Assembly (NCBI GenBank): GCA_964450255.1 | Contig: CAYVDY010000001.1 | Span: 11,039 to 75,038, forward strand | Origin: an uncultured Candidatus Solibacter sp. | GTDB lineage: Bacteria; Acidobacteriota; Terriglobia; Bryobacterales; Bryobacteraceae | Direction: 5' to 3' | DNA: 64,000 nucleotides | Shown: piece after piece, positions 9,210 to 19,176 of the stretch | How the letters are laid out: the number at the start of each line of letters is the position of its first letter | Numbering within the stretch: position 1 is the first letter of the stretch | The notes under the pieces: model-generated | The model's database searches: none | What the model saw: the letters and a program-made list of their open reading frames with translations, nothing else | Told to the model about the DNA's origin: nothing | Made by a program: the position numbers and the translations under genes

Positions 9210-12200
9210 GTGTTCAGCTCCAGCGTCATCAGGGAGACTAGAGTCCGTTTCCGCCCCGTCGTGATTGCACTGGTATTGCTGGTCACCGCCAGTTCACGGA
9301 CGATGGCATCGACGGCGCCGGTTTCACTGGCGCTGGGTTCCGCTACTGCCTTGGCCCCGGGTACTGTCAGCTTAAATCTCTCGCTCTCCTCCGCAACCAC
9401 GCAGCCCGCCGGACTGCAATGGTCGTTCATGTTTTCCACTTCGGACTTCACAGCGATTAGTATTGTGGCCGGGCCCAGTGCTGCCAGTGCCTCCAAGAGT
9501 CTGGTTTGCGGCGGCGGCAACGGCGCCTACACCTGTCTGCTTTACGGAGTGAATGCCAACACAATCGCGAATGGAGTGGTGGCTACGGCGACGCTGACGT
9601 TGTCGTCCAGCGGAACCTTAAGCAGACCGGTTCAGATCTCGAACGCAGATTCGTCTTCGCTCGCAGGCGAGAGCATGACCACCGCGGCAACCGGCGGCGT
9701 TGTCACTGTTCCGGCCGCCGCACCGGTCGGATTATCCTCTTTGGCTTGCGCGCCCAGTTCTCTCGGTTCCGGGGCATCCGCGACGTGCACGGTGAACCTG
9801 ACTGGTAACGCACCCACAGGCGGCGCAGTTGTCACGCTCTCCGACAACAGCACCCTCGTCACGCTGCCAGCGTCCGTCACGATAGCGGCTGGCGCCTCAA
9901 CCGCGACCTTCACGGCCGCGGCGTCCACCCTAAGCGCCGACAGCACCGCCACACTGACCGCCAGCCTCAATGGCACCACCGCCAGCGCCACGCTGAGCCT
10001 TGTTGCTCCCACGGTTCCGTCCACGCTCAGTTGTTCTCCAACGACCGTGCCGGCGGGCTCCGCCACGACTTGTACCGTCACCCTGAATAAGGTCGCGCCC
10101 ACCGGCGGCCTGCCAGTGGCCATTACGGACAATAGCACCTGGTTAACATCTGTAGCCTCCGTTACGGTTGCCGCCGGCACCACAACGGCTTCATTCACGG
10201 CCACTGCCGGGACGGTGTCCGCCACCACCGCTGTCACCATCACCGCCACCGCAAACGGGACTTCCGCGGCAACCTCAGTGAGCCTGACAGCAGCACCGGC
10301 AGAACTCAGCGGGCTGACTTGCAGCCCGGCCGCGATCACGGGCGCAGGCAGTTCCACCTGCACAATCACATTGACAGCCGCGGCTCCGAGCGGCGGGGTC
10401 TCTGTTGCCGTGACAAGCAACAACGCCAATGTGACCGCCACGTCGCCGATCATAGTGCCAGCGGGGGCCAGCAGTGCATCGTTCACAGCCGCCGCCGCCG
10501 CCGTCCTGACGGATCAGACCGCCACCATCACAGCGACGCAAGGCTCCAATTCCAGGACAGCCTCAATCAGCCTCGGCGCTCTTGTTCAGGTATCGTCTTT
10601 GCTCTGCACTCCAACCGCCCTGGTGTCTGATGGCACCAGCACCTGCACCGTCACTTTGAGCAAGGCGGCGCCTGCCGGAGGCAGCGTGGTAGCGGTCTCG
10701 GACAACAACGCAATTCTGACGGTCCCCGCCTCCGTAGCGATTGCGGCGGGCGCCACGACGGGCACGTTCAACGCCACCGCCGGGGCCATCACCAGTACTC
10801 AAACCGCAACAGTCACAGCGGCATTGAATGGAAGCGTCAAGACCGCTTCAATTGGTCTGACGCTCACTGTGACGCTCAGCTCTCTGACGTGCACGCCGGC
10901 TGCTCTGGGCTCCGGGGCATCCGCGACGTGCACGGTGAACCTGACTGGTAACGCACCCACAGGCGGCGCAGTTGTCACGCTCTCCGACAACAGCACCCTC
11001 GTCACGCTGCCAGCGTCCGTCACGATAGCGGCTGGCGCCTCAACCGCGACCTTCACGGCCGCGGCGTCCACCCTAAGCGCCGACAGCACCGCCACACTGA
11101 CCGCCAGCCTCAATGGCACCACCGCCAGCGCCACGCTGAGCCTTGTTGCTCCCACGGTTCCGTCCACGCTCAGTTGTTCTCCAACGACCGTGCCGGCGGG
11201 CTCCGCCACGACTTGTACCGTCACCCTGAATAAGGTCGCGCCCACCGGCGGCCTGCCAGTGGCCATTACGGACAATAGCACCTGGTTAACATCTGTAGCC
11301 TCCGTTACGGTTGCCGCCGGCACCACAACGGCTTCATTCACGGCCACTGCCGGGACGGTGTCCGCCACCACCGCTGTCACCATCACCGCCACCGCAAACG
11401 GGACTTCCGCGGCAACCTCAGTGAGCCTGACAGCAGCACCGGCAGAACTCAGCGGGCTGACTTGCAGCCCGGCCGCGATCACGGGCGCAGGCAGTTCCAC
11501 CTGCACAATCACATTGACAGCCGCGGCTCCGAGCGGCGGGGTCTCTGTTGCCGTGACAAGCAACAACGCCAATGTGACCGCCACGTCGCCGATCATAGTG
11601 CCAGCGGGGGCCAGCAGTGCATCGTTCACAGCCGCCGCCGCCGCCGTCCTGACGGATCAGACCGCCACCATCACAGCGACGCAAGGCTCCAATTCCAGGA
11701 CAGCCTCAATCAGCCTCGGCGCTCTTGTTCAGGTATCGTCTTTGCTCTGCACTCCAACCGCCCTGGTGTCTGATGGCACCAGCACCTGCACCGTCACTTT
11801 GAGCAAGGCGGCGCCTGCCGGAGGCAGCGTGGTAGCGGTCTCGGACAACAACGCAATTCTGACGGTCCCCGCCTCCGTAGCGATTGCGGCGGGCGCCACG
11901 ACGGGCACGTTCAACGCCACCGCCGGGGCCATCACCAGTACTCAAACCGCAACAGTCACAGCGGCATTGAATGGAAGCGTCAAGACCGCTTCAATTGGTC
12001 TGACGCTCACTGTGACGCTCAGCTCTCTGACGTGCACGCCGGCTGCTCTGGGCTCCGGGACATCCGCGACATGCACGGTGAACCTGACTGGTAACGCACC
12101 CACGGGCGGTGTGGTTGTCACGCTATCCGACAACAGCACCCTCGTCACGCTGCCAGCGTCCGTCACGATAGCGGCCGGCGCCTCTACCGCGACCTTCACG

Positions 12201-15200
12201 GCCTCGGCGTCCACCCTAAGCGCCGACAGCACCGCCACACTGACCGCCAGCCTCAACAGTGCCACCGCCAGCGCCACGCTGAGCCTTGTTGCTCCCACGG
12301 TTCCGTCCGCGCTCAGTTGCTCTCCAACGACCGTGCCGGCTGGCGCCACTACCACCTGCACTGTCACCCTGAACAAAGCAGCGCCCACCGGCGGCCTGCT
12401 TGTCTCTGTTTCTGACAACGGCGCTGCCCTTACGGTGCCGGCCTCCGTCAATGTTGCAGCCGGCACCACAACGGCTTCATTCACAGCCACTGCCGGGACG
12501 GTGTCCGCCACGGCACCTGTCACCATTTCCGCCACCGCCAATGCGATCTCCAAAACGGCGACCGTCAGCGTAACCGCCGCTGCGGTTCAACTCAGCGGGC
12601 TGGCCTGCAATCCTGGTTCGTTGTTGGGCGCAGGCACCTCCACTTGTGCGATCACATTGGCTGCTCCGGCGCCCAGCGGTGGGGCCTCTGTGGCCGTGAC
12701 GAGCAACAATGCCGGCCTGACGGTCCCGTCGCCGATCGTTGTGCAGGCGGGAGCCAGCAGTGCTTCGTTCACAGCGACGGCAGCCGTGGTTGCGACCGAT
12801 CAGACCGTCACCGTCACTGCTACACACGGATCCACTTCCAAGACAGCCTCGATCAGCCTCGGCGCTCTTACTCAGGTATCGTCTTTGCTCTGCACCCCAA
12901 CCAGCCTTCTGTCCAAGGCAACCAGCATCTGCACAGTCACGCTGAGCAAAGCTGCTCCTGCGGGCGGCAGTCCGGTCTCCGTGTCGGACAACAGCACGCT
13001 CCTGACAGTTCCCGCTTCCATAACGATTGCGGCGGGCGCCACCGCAGGAACATTCAGTGCAATGGCCGGAACCGTCTCAACCGCTCAAACAGCGACAGTG
13101 ACAGCAGCGTGGAACGGAAGCTCCAAGACGACTTCAATCACCTTGGCGCCAACGCCAAATGCAGGCGTGAGCGTCTCCTCGCTGATCTGTGGTCCCACGT
13201 CCATTGCGGGTCCAGCCTCAGCCTCCTGCACTGTCACACTGGCCGAAGTCGCGCCAGCCGGCGGGACCGCCGTGACTCTATCCGACGACAGCATTTCTCT
13301 GGCGACGCCAGCCTCCGTGACGGTGGCAGCCGGCAGCAGTACAGCGACTTTCGCCGTCACGGCGAGTTCCGTTACCAGTTCCACCCCGGTGATCGTGACT
13401 GCCGCTGCCAATGGAACCTCCGCGATGGCTGGTATCACGATCACCGCGGTCAAAGCGGCCACCTACTCCATCTCTGGTGTGGTAACGGCGAGCGGTGCAC
13501 CGGTCAGTGGCGTGACAGTTGCGCTGGCCGGCCCACAAACCAGCAACACGACAACGGCTGCCGACGGCACATACTCTTTCCAGGCGGTATCGAGTGGCGA
13601 CTATTCGGTGACGCCCACCCGCAACAACCTCGCATTCTCACCGTCGGTGACTGCGATCAAGCTCACAGGTAACCAGACGGTCAATTTTGTTGTGTCGACC
13701 ATCCAGGGTACCCTGGGCGTCAACCGTAGCGCGCTGCGCTTTGGAGCCACAGCGGGTGGGACGGCGACGACGGCGGAGCAGGAAATCGTGGTGAGTGTGA
13801 GTGACAACCTCCCCGTGAGTTGGACGGTCGTATCGGACAAGGCGTGGCTGAGGACCACACCATCCACAGGCGTGGGAACAGGCCGGTTCACGGTCTGGCT
13901 GGCCCCTGGCAGCTTGCCCGGTCCTGGGATCGCGACAGCAAGTCTAACGGTCAGTTCGAGTGGTGCGACCAGCGCTCCGCTGACAATCCGGGTAGTGTTG
14001 GCCGTATCTTCTGCGACAGGGGCGCCGTTTGGAAGCTTCGACACGCCCACACACGGAGCGACCGGCCTCGGCTCGGGATTTGCCGTCACGGGCTGGGCGC
14101 TCGATGACGTTGGAGTAAAGAAGGTTCAGATCTGGCGCGAGCGGGTGGGCGTGGAGCCAGTACATAGCAACGGCATGGCCTACATCGGCGATGCTGTGTT
14201 TGTCCCGAACGCGAGGCCGGACGTGGAGCAGCTGTACCCGAATCATCCCGCCAACTATCGGGCCGGATGGGGCTATATGCTTCTTTCGAACTTCCTGCCG
14301 AACCCTAGCGGCGGACCGGCTGGAAATGGCACATACAAGCTGCACGCCATCGCTCTGGATGCCGAGGGCCGCGAGACGGATCTTGGAGTGAAGATGATTG
14401 CTGTGGACAATGCCCGTTGGACGAAACCACTTGGGGCGCTCGACACACCCGGGCAGGGCGAAACTACCTCGGGTTCTGCCTACATCAATGGTGGGTGGGC
14501 GCTGACACCCCTACCCAACAAGATCCTGAGCACTGCTCCGTCGGCGATTCAGGTGTACGTGGATGGAATCTTCGTTGGCAGCCCAACTTACAACCAGTAC
14601 CGCCCGGACGTCGCCAGTTTATTCCCTGGCTATGCCAACTCGGCCGGCGCCGGCGGCTCCTATGTGTTGGACACAACGAAGTACGCCAACGGGATGCACA
14701 GTATCGCCTGGCTGGTGACGGATAATGCCGGCAGGACAGACGGCATTGGCAGCAGGTTCTTCTCCATTCTGAACAACGGCTCCACCATGGCGAGCGTTTC
14801 CGAAGTGGAGGAAGTGAAAGGCCGGCAACAGCTTCTGCAGATCGCCCGGCAGAGTTCCAGGCTGATTGAAAAACCATCGGCGCCGTCGTATCGCAAGGGC
14901 TCTGCTCCTGACAGCCCACTGTCTCCCATACCTTCGGGCGGTGAGGGCCTGTTGAGTCCCATTGAGCTGGATGAATTGGAGCGGGTCGAGATCCACCTTC
15001 CTGCCGCACCGGCAGAAACTCGCTGGACCGGCGGCGTCCGAGTGAACGGCGAACTTCGTCCTCTTCCAGTTGGAGCGACACTGGACCAGGAAGACGGTGT
15101 CTTCTACTGGCAGTTAGGCCCGGGCTTCCTGGGCGAGTACCAACTGGAGTTCAGCTGCCAGGGCGGCGTGCAAGCTTCGGTCGATACCGTGATTCCGGTC

Positions 15201-15242
15201 CGTGTGAGGGCGCGGGATAGTGTCGCGTCTGCCGCGCAGTAG
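9210..15242 (+). CDS. Giant secreted surface protein: cohesin-like domain, many Ig-like repeats, carboxypeptidase-regulatory-like and BACON-like domains, and two PxGxxDTP...GWAL domains
   Basis: 2010-aa Ala/Thr/Ser-rich ORF with a signal peptide; N-terminus paralogous to 4590..8321; YSISGVV...TTTAADGTYSF; WTVVSDKAWL; PFGSFDTP and PLGALDTP repeats. Confidence 0.82.
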   Translation: MFSSSVIRETRVRFRPVVIALVLLVTASSRTMASTAPVSLALGSATALAPGTVSLNLSLSSATTQPAGLQWSFMFSTSDFTAISIVAGPSAASASKSLVCGGGNGAYTCLLYGVNANTIANGVVATATLTLSSSGTLSRPVQISNADSSSLAGESMTTAATGGVVTVPAAAPVGLSSLACAPSSLGSGASATCTVNLTGNAPTGGAVVTLSDNSTLVTLPASVTIAAGASTATFTAAASTLSADSTATLTASLNGTTASATLSLVAPTVPSTLSCSPTTVPAGSATTCTVTLNKVAPTGGLPVAITDNSTWLTSVASVTVAAGTTTASFTATAGTVSATTAVTITATANGTSAATSVSLTAAPAELSGLTCSPAAITGAGSSTCTITLTAAAPSGGVSVAVTSNNANVTATSPIIVPAGASSASFTAAAAAVLTDQTATITATQGSNSRTASISLGALVQVSSLLCTPTALVSDGTSTCTVTLSKAAPAGGSVVAVSDNNAILTVPASVAIAAGATTGTFNATAGAITSTQTATVTAALNGSVKTASIGLTLTVTLSSLTCTPAALGSGASATCTVNLTGNAPTGGAVVTLSDNSTLVTLPASVTIAAGASTATFTAAASTLSADSTATLTASLNGTTASATLSLVAPTVPSTLSCSPTTVPAGSATTCTVTLNKVAPTGGLPVAITDNSTWLTSVASVTVAAGTTTASFTATAGTVSATTAVTITATANGTSAATSVSLTAAPAELSGLTCSPAAITGAGSSTCTITLTAAAPSGGVSVAVTSNNANVTATSPIIVPAGASSASFTAAAAAVLTDQTATITATQGSNSRTASISLGALVQVSSLLCTPTALVSDGTSTCTVTLSKAAPAGGSVVAVSDNNAILTVPASVAIAAGATTGTFNATAGAITSTQTATVTAALNGSVKTASIGLTLTVTLSSLTCTPAALGSGTSATCTVNLTGNAPTGGVVVTLSDNSTLVTLPASVTIAAGASTATFTASASTLSADSTATLTASLNSATASATLSLVAPTVPSALSCSPTTVPAGATTTCTVTLNKAAPTGGLLVSVSDNGAALTVPASVNVAAGTTTASFTATAGTVSATAPVTISATANAISKTATVSVTAAAVQLSGLACNPGSLLGAGTSTCAITLAAPAPSGGASVAVTSNNAGLTVPSPIVVQAGASSASFTATAAVVATDQTVTVTATHGSTSKTASISLGALTQVSSLLCTPTSLLSKATSICTVTLSKAAPAGGSPVSVSDNSTLLTVPASITIAAGATAGTFSAMAGTVSTAQTATVTAAWNGSSKTTSITLAPTPNAGVSVSSLICGPTSIAGPASASCTVTLAEVAPAGGTAVTLSDDSISLATPASVTVAAGSSTATFAVTASSVTSSTPVIVTAAANGTSAMAGITITAVKAATYSISGVVTASGAPVSGVTVALAGPQTSNTTTAADGTYSFQAVSSGDYSVTPTRNNLAFSPSVTAIKLTGNQTVNFVVSTIQGTLGVNRSALRFGATAGGTATTAEQEIVVSVSDNLPVSWTVVSDKAWLRTTPSTGVGTGRFTVWLAPGSLPGPGIATASLTVSSSGATSAPLTIRVVLAVSSATGAPFGSFDTPTHGATGLGSGFAVTGWALDDVGVKKVQIWRERVGVEPVHSNGMAYIGDAVFVPNARPDVEQLYPNHPANYRAGWGYMLLSNFLPNPSGGPAGNGTYKLHAIALDAEGRETDLGVKMIAVDNARWTKPLGALDTPGQGETTSGSAYINGGWALTPLPNKILSTAPSAIQVYVDGIFVGSPTYNQYRPDVASLFPGYANSAGAGGSYVLDTTKYANGMHSIAWLVTDNAGRTDGIGSRFFSILNNGSTMASVSEVEEVKGRQQLLQIARQSSRLIEKPSAPSYRKGSAPDSPLSPIPSGGEGLLSPIELDELERVEIHLPAAPAETRWTGGVRVNGELRPLPVGATLDQEDGVFYWQLGPGFLGEYQLEFSCQGGVQASVDTVIPVRVRARDSVASAAQ
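9768..12059 (+). repeat. Apparently perfect 1143-bp (381-codon) tandem duplication, followed by a diverged third copy
   Basis: 9768 aligns with 10911 and 12054. Shadow ORFs in several frames translate identically at an offset of 1143 (10275/11418, 10319/11462, 10563/11706). Confidence 0.92.
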
Positions 15243-15350
15243 CAATCGCGAGCACCGGATGCTTACCGAGGCGGCACCGAGAGTTGCCACTGAACGAAAG
15301 CGCGGCAACAGACACGCCTGGATTGCCCCATTCCGGGAATCTTCGGGACT

Positions 15351-15731
15351 CTACAGGGTCAGGCCGTTACTGCCTGCGGTCCTGAATTCATACTGCAGGA
15401 TCTTCACTGCCGTCCGGCGTTCGGAGCAACGAATCACTTTGCCGCTAACAACGATTTTCATCGGGTGACGGTTTTCCAGTTTGGCTGGCCAGCGGATCAC
15501 CATGTGCAGGATCTCACCCTCTTCCAAGGCGAAATCTGTTTCAAAGAGAATTCCACGGCTGCTCATGTTCAGAGTCTTGCCGGGAATCGGTGTGATCTCA
15601 GCTTGTCCAACACGTCGTCGGAACATCAGGTCTTGCTCGAACGGATATCTGGGCCTGCCTCGACGCTCGTTCAGTGCAGCCGCCCATGCGCCATCGCGGA
15701 CGAGCTTGGTCCGACCTGTCAACCTACCCAT
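15351..15731 (-). CDS. PilZ domain protein (c-di-GMP receptor)
   Basis: ERRGRPRYP (RxxxR) and NMSSRG (D/NxSxxG). Likely ATG at 15731 within ORF 15351..15773. Confidence 0.85.
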   Translation of the reverse strand: MGRLTGRTKLVRDGAWAAALNERRGRPRYPFEQDLMFRRRVGQAEITPIPGKTLNMSSRGILFETDFALEEGEILHMVIRWPAKLENRHPMKIVVSGKVIRCSERRTAVKILQYEFRTAGSNGLTL

Positions 15732-15976
15732 ACCCTCAATCTCCTCCTTGGGCCGGGATCCAGCAATGGACAAAAGGTAGTGTAACTTGCATCACACGAA
15801 CCGAAAAGAGCCAGTACAACCACAGGCCTTAGACCCAGCCTATAACATGACGCTTCCGTCAGGTAATGCTGGAGCCAAGTTGGGAGGCACGTTCTTCCGT
15901 GAAAACGAGGGAAGCCGGATCTGTGAAGCCCAAGAGGGCTGCATAGTACAATCAACGGTACGCACCGGATGCATCT

Positions 15977-17134
15977 ATGGGACTGAGGACAATCTGCGCT
16001 GGTTTTCTGTTTGTCTTCTGCTCCTTAGTTCAGTGCGCAGAACTTTCCTTGGACCCCGTTTCTATTTCAGCCGGTTCGCTCGTGCCGTTCGTGCTCCGAT
16101 TCACGGCGGCCGGAAGCACTGTGGCGGCACTGCAGTTCGACCTGGAATATGATTCGGCGTTGAGTTTGACGGCCAGTGCAGGCGCAGTGGCACTCAGTGC
16201 CGGCAAGGAGATCTACAGCGCACCTGTTTCGGCACGTCGTACGCGTTTTCTGGTTGCGGGCATGAACCAGAATGTCTTGGGTGACGGAGTTCTCACGACC
16301 ATCAATGCCTTCGTGAGTGCCAACACAGCGGCGGGTGCTCTCCCGTTGCGGCTCACGAACTTGCTTGCCTGCGATCAGGATGGGAATGTGGTTCCACTGA
16401 CAGGCAAGGACGCCAGTGTGGCCGTGAGTGCCAATGCGACGCCAGTGGTGTCCGGGGTATTTCCACAATTGGCAGTCGGCGGTGGGTGGAAAACGAGCTT
16501 TACTCTGTTGAACCTGGCCAATACCCCACAAATGGCGAAACTGACGTTTTGGGACAATGACGGCGCTCCACTCACAGTTTCCCTGGCGTTTTCTCCGGAA
16601 GTGGGACTTGCTCCTACAGTCGGAGCGTTGACGGAAGTGCTGATACCGGCGAACGGTATGGCTGTGGTGGAAACGGAGACGTCAGCGCCTTCTGAGATGA
16701 TGACCGGATGGGCAAGAATGCAGGCGCCCGCCGGGATCGTGGGGTCGGCCATTTTCCGATATCGCCCGGCAGAGGGCCAGGAGTCAGAGGCAGTCGTTCC
16801 CCTGGAAACGCGCAGCCCGTACTCCTTTGTCCTGCCCTACGACACGACGGCCGGGTTTGCCGTCGGTGTCGCGGTAGCGAACGACTCGGAAACGTCGGCG
16901 GCCAACATCGCAATCACCGTGCGGGATGCTGCCGGCAAGGAGTTGCTCACGGACACCATGGCCCTGCCCGTCCGCGGGCACGCCTACTTTGCCCTGTCCA
17001 GCAGATATCCCAGTCTGGCTGGTGTCCGGGGGAGTCTGGAGTTTGGGGACCTGAACGGCGGCAAGATCGCCGTGCTGGGTTTGCGGTTTAGCCCTGCCGG
17101 ATCGTTTACTTCCATCCCTGCGGAGACGAAATAG
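15977..17134 (+). CDS. Secreted protein: cohesin-like N-terminal domain plus a beta-sandwich pair common in Acidobacteria
   Basis: Signal peptide; VAALQFDLEYD...AGMNQNVLGDGVL resembles the N-termini of the two giant proteins; FPQLAVGGGWKTSFTLLN...AVLGLRFSPAGSFTSIP. Confidence 0.65.
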   Translation: MGLRTICAGFLFVFCSLVQCAELSLDPVSISAGSLVPFVLRFTAAGSTVAALQFDLEYDSALSLTASAGAVALSAGKEIYSAPVSARRTRFLVAGMNQNVLGDGVLTTINAFVSANTAAGALPLRLTNLLACDQDGNVVPLTGKDASVAVSANATPVVSGVFPQLAVGGGWKTSFTLLNLANTPQMAKLTFWDNDGAPLTVSLAFSPEVGLAPTVGALTEVLIPANGMAVVETETSAPSEMMTGWARMQAPAGIVGSAIFRYRPAEGQESEAVVPLETRSPYSFVLPYDTTAGFAVGVAVANDSETSAANIAITVRDAAGKELLTDTMALPVRGHAYFALSSRYPSLAGVRGSLEFGDLNGGKIAVLGLRFSPAGSFTSIPAETK

Positions 17135-18312
17135 TGAGCTTGCGCCGCGGGTGGGGTCTTCCGATACTTCCAGGCGAACCATTACTGGCCGAGCGACTCC
17201 ATCAGCCACGTGTGGCTGGCTCGGTTTGCCTCCTGATCCTGTGTTGCTTTGCAGTTGCCGGGTTGTGGCCGTTTCGGCAGATTCCCAACGAGGTAACCTG
17301 GCTCGCGGATCGGCCGGGAGTGCACTTCGGGAAGCATGGGATCATCCTCAGTGCCGGCGCCCTGCCCGCTGTCGGTTCAGGGGACTGCAGCATCGAGATG
17401 TGGGTGCGGCCGGCCGGTGGGGAGGAGTCCAGCACACTGCTGGCCTTCTATACGGCCACCGGCGGTACTGGGATCTCGCTGCAGCGATCCCTGACCGACT
17501 TGCGTCTGGACCGTGAAACCGCGGGCGGAAGACCGGACAAGTCGTACGTCAATGATGTTTTGTTCGATGGCAAGCTTGTCTTTCTCACTGTGGTCTCCAG
17601 CGCGCAAGGAACCGCCGTCTACCTGGACGGCGCTCTTGTTCGGAAGGTATCGCGACTCCGTGCACGTTCCGGCGATTGCTCTGGCAGCGTGGGAGTTGGA
17701 CATCCGGCCAGGGGGCACAACAGCTGGCAGGGTGAGATCTACGGGCTGGCCATCTACAACCACGAACTGACGTCGGTGCAGGTGCAGTCCAGCTATCGAT
17801 CGTGGCTGACGACTGGCCGGCCTGACGACCGCAACGGCGAGAGACCCGGTGCGCTGTATCCGTTCAGTGAGAAGGGCGGCAGCGTAGTGCGCGACCATGG
17901 CCCCGCTGGTGTGAATCTGACGATCCCGGAGCTCTACTCGAATATTCAACGGACTTGGCTTGAATCTCCGCGCCTCGCCTTTGAGCCGCGTTGGGGCTAC
18001 CTCGATGACATCGTCATCAACATCGGCGGCTTCGTCCCGTTTGGTTTTGCGTTCAGTCTCTTCCTGGCGTCGACTGGCCGGATTCGCCGGGTGGGGGCGT
18101 GGGCGATCCTCGGTGGCTTATGCGTGAGCCTGGTGATTGAGATTCTGCAGGTCTATCTCCCAACCCGGAACTCGGATCTGACCGATGTCCTGACCAACAC
18201 TCTGGGCGCGTCTCTGGGTGCGGCGATATACGCGCTGTGGCAGCGCAGGATACTCCGGGCGGGTGTGGCGGCCGGCGGGCCTGTAGCCCTTTTACATGGT
18301 GCTTCTAGGTGA
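17134..18312 (+). CDS. Membrane protein with a LamG/ConA-like domain and C-terminal VanZ domain
   Basis: CSIEMWVRP...AVYLDG...WQGEIYGLAIYNHEL (LamG); DIVINIGGFVPFG...SLVIEILQVYLPTRNSDLTDVLTNTLG (VanZ). Confidence 0.85.
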   Translation: MSLRRGWGLPILPGEPLLAERLHQPRVAGSVCLLILCCFAVAGLWPFRQIPNEVTWLADRPGVHFGKHGIILSAGALPAVGSGDCSIEMWVRPAGGEESSTLLAFYTATGGTGISLQRSLTDLRLDRETAGGRPDKSYVNDVLFDGKLVFLTVVSSAQGTAVYLDGALVRKVSRLRARSGDCSGSVGVGHPARGHNSWQGEIYGLAIYNHELTSVQVQSSYRSWLTTGRPDDRNGERPGALYPFSEKGGSVVRDHGPAGVNLTIPELYSNIQRTWLESPRLAFEPRWGYLDDIVINIGGFVPFGFAFSLFLASTGRIRRVGAWAILGGLCVSLVIEILQVYLPTRNSDLTDVLTNTLGASLGAAIYALWQRRILRAGVAAGGPVALLHGASR

Positions 18313-18491
18313 AACGCCTATGGGGCCGTTGTCCACCAGGGCCGATCTAGTAGATAAGTCGGCGTATTACCATAAGTTGTGATTGCCGACCACTCACTCC
18401 GGCGCTTTTGCGGGTCTCACGAGCTCAGCAGAAGCCGGTCAGGTTCGGTGTGGAGTCCGCTGTAGAGGTTTGCCAGTTGGCAGGAGTCCCG

Positions 18492-19007
18492 ATGATGTGT
18501 AGAAATTGGTCCGCCGCCGTTACTCTTGGCTTGTTCCTGTATACGGCCTCGGTTTCGGCCCAAACCGTGCCGCTGAATGCCTGTGACCTGAACAGAGATG
18601 GGGCGGTCAACAAGGCCGATGCCGATTTGGCCGTGAGCATGGTCCTGGGCCCGGCGTCGGGCTGCACGGCCAACATCGTCGGCCCGGGCATCTGCAACAT
18701 TGTCATCGTGCAGCGGGTGATCAACGCGGTGTTGACAGGGTCATGCATCACCGGCAATCCGCACTCCGTCTCCTTGACTTGGGTAGCCAGCACCTCCACC
18801 AACGTGGTTGGTTACAACGTCTATCGTGGGGCTACCCCTGGAGGGCCTTACACGCTCCTGACCTCGACGCGTGTCGCGGGCCTTGCCTACACCGACAACG
18901 CTGTTCAGGCGGGTCAAACCTACTACTACGTGGTCACGGCCGTGGATAGTAGTAACAACGCCAGCGTCTACTCGACCGAGGCCATGGCGGTGGTGCCGTA
19001 CCCGTAG
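18492..19007 (+). CDS. Secreted dockerin-like/EF-hand plus fibronectin type III protein
   Basis: AGGAG then ATG at 18492; CDLNRDGAVNKADADLAV (Ca-binding loop) and a degenerate second repeat; VSLTW...GYNVYR...YTD...TYYYVVTAVD (FN3). Confidence 0.75.
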   Translation: MMCRNWSAAVTLGLFLYTASVSAQTVPLNACDLNRDGAVNKADADLAVSMVLGPASGCTANIVGPGICNIVIVQRVINAVLTGSCITGNPHSVSLTWVASTSTNVVGYNVYRGATPGGPYTLLTSTRVAGLAYTDNAVQAGQTYYYVVTAVDSSNNASVYSTEAMAVVPYP

Positions 19008-19085
19008 ATCTCGCCGACCCGCCTCTCCTTGACATCGCTTTGGACTTGAGCCGCAAGTGCCAGGGCTGCGCCAAAAAAGATGCCT

Positions 19086-19121
19086 ACGCCCGCCGAAAGC
19101 CAGTGAGGTTCGCGGCGGGCG
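19086..19121 (-). terminator. Probable intrinsic terminator of the PEP-CTERM gene
   Basis: CGCCCGCCG...CGGCGGGCG stem, with an A6 run on the plus strand just to its left. Confidence 0.4.
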
Positions 19122-19176
19122 CAATATCGAGCTCGATCTGGGACGGCGTCTATTGTCGCCGCGTCAGGAGGTGGTG

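Noticed and set aside
6313..13672. Many Ala/Val/Thr-rich antisense and alternate-frame ORFs
   Set aside because: Mirror translations of the repetitive surface-protein genes.
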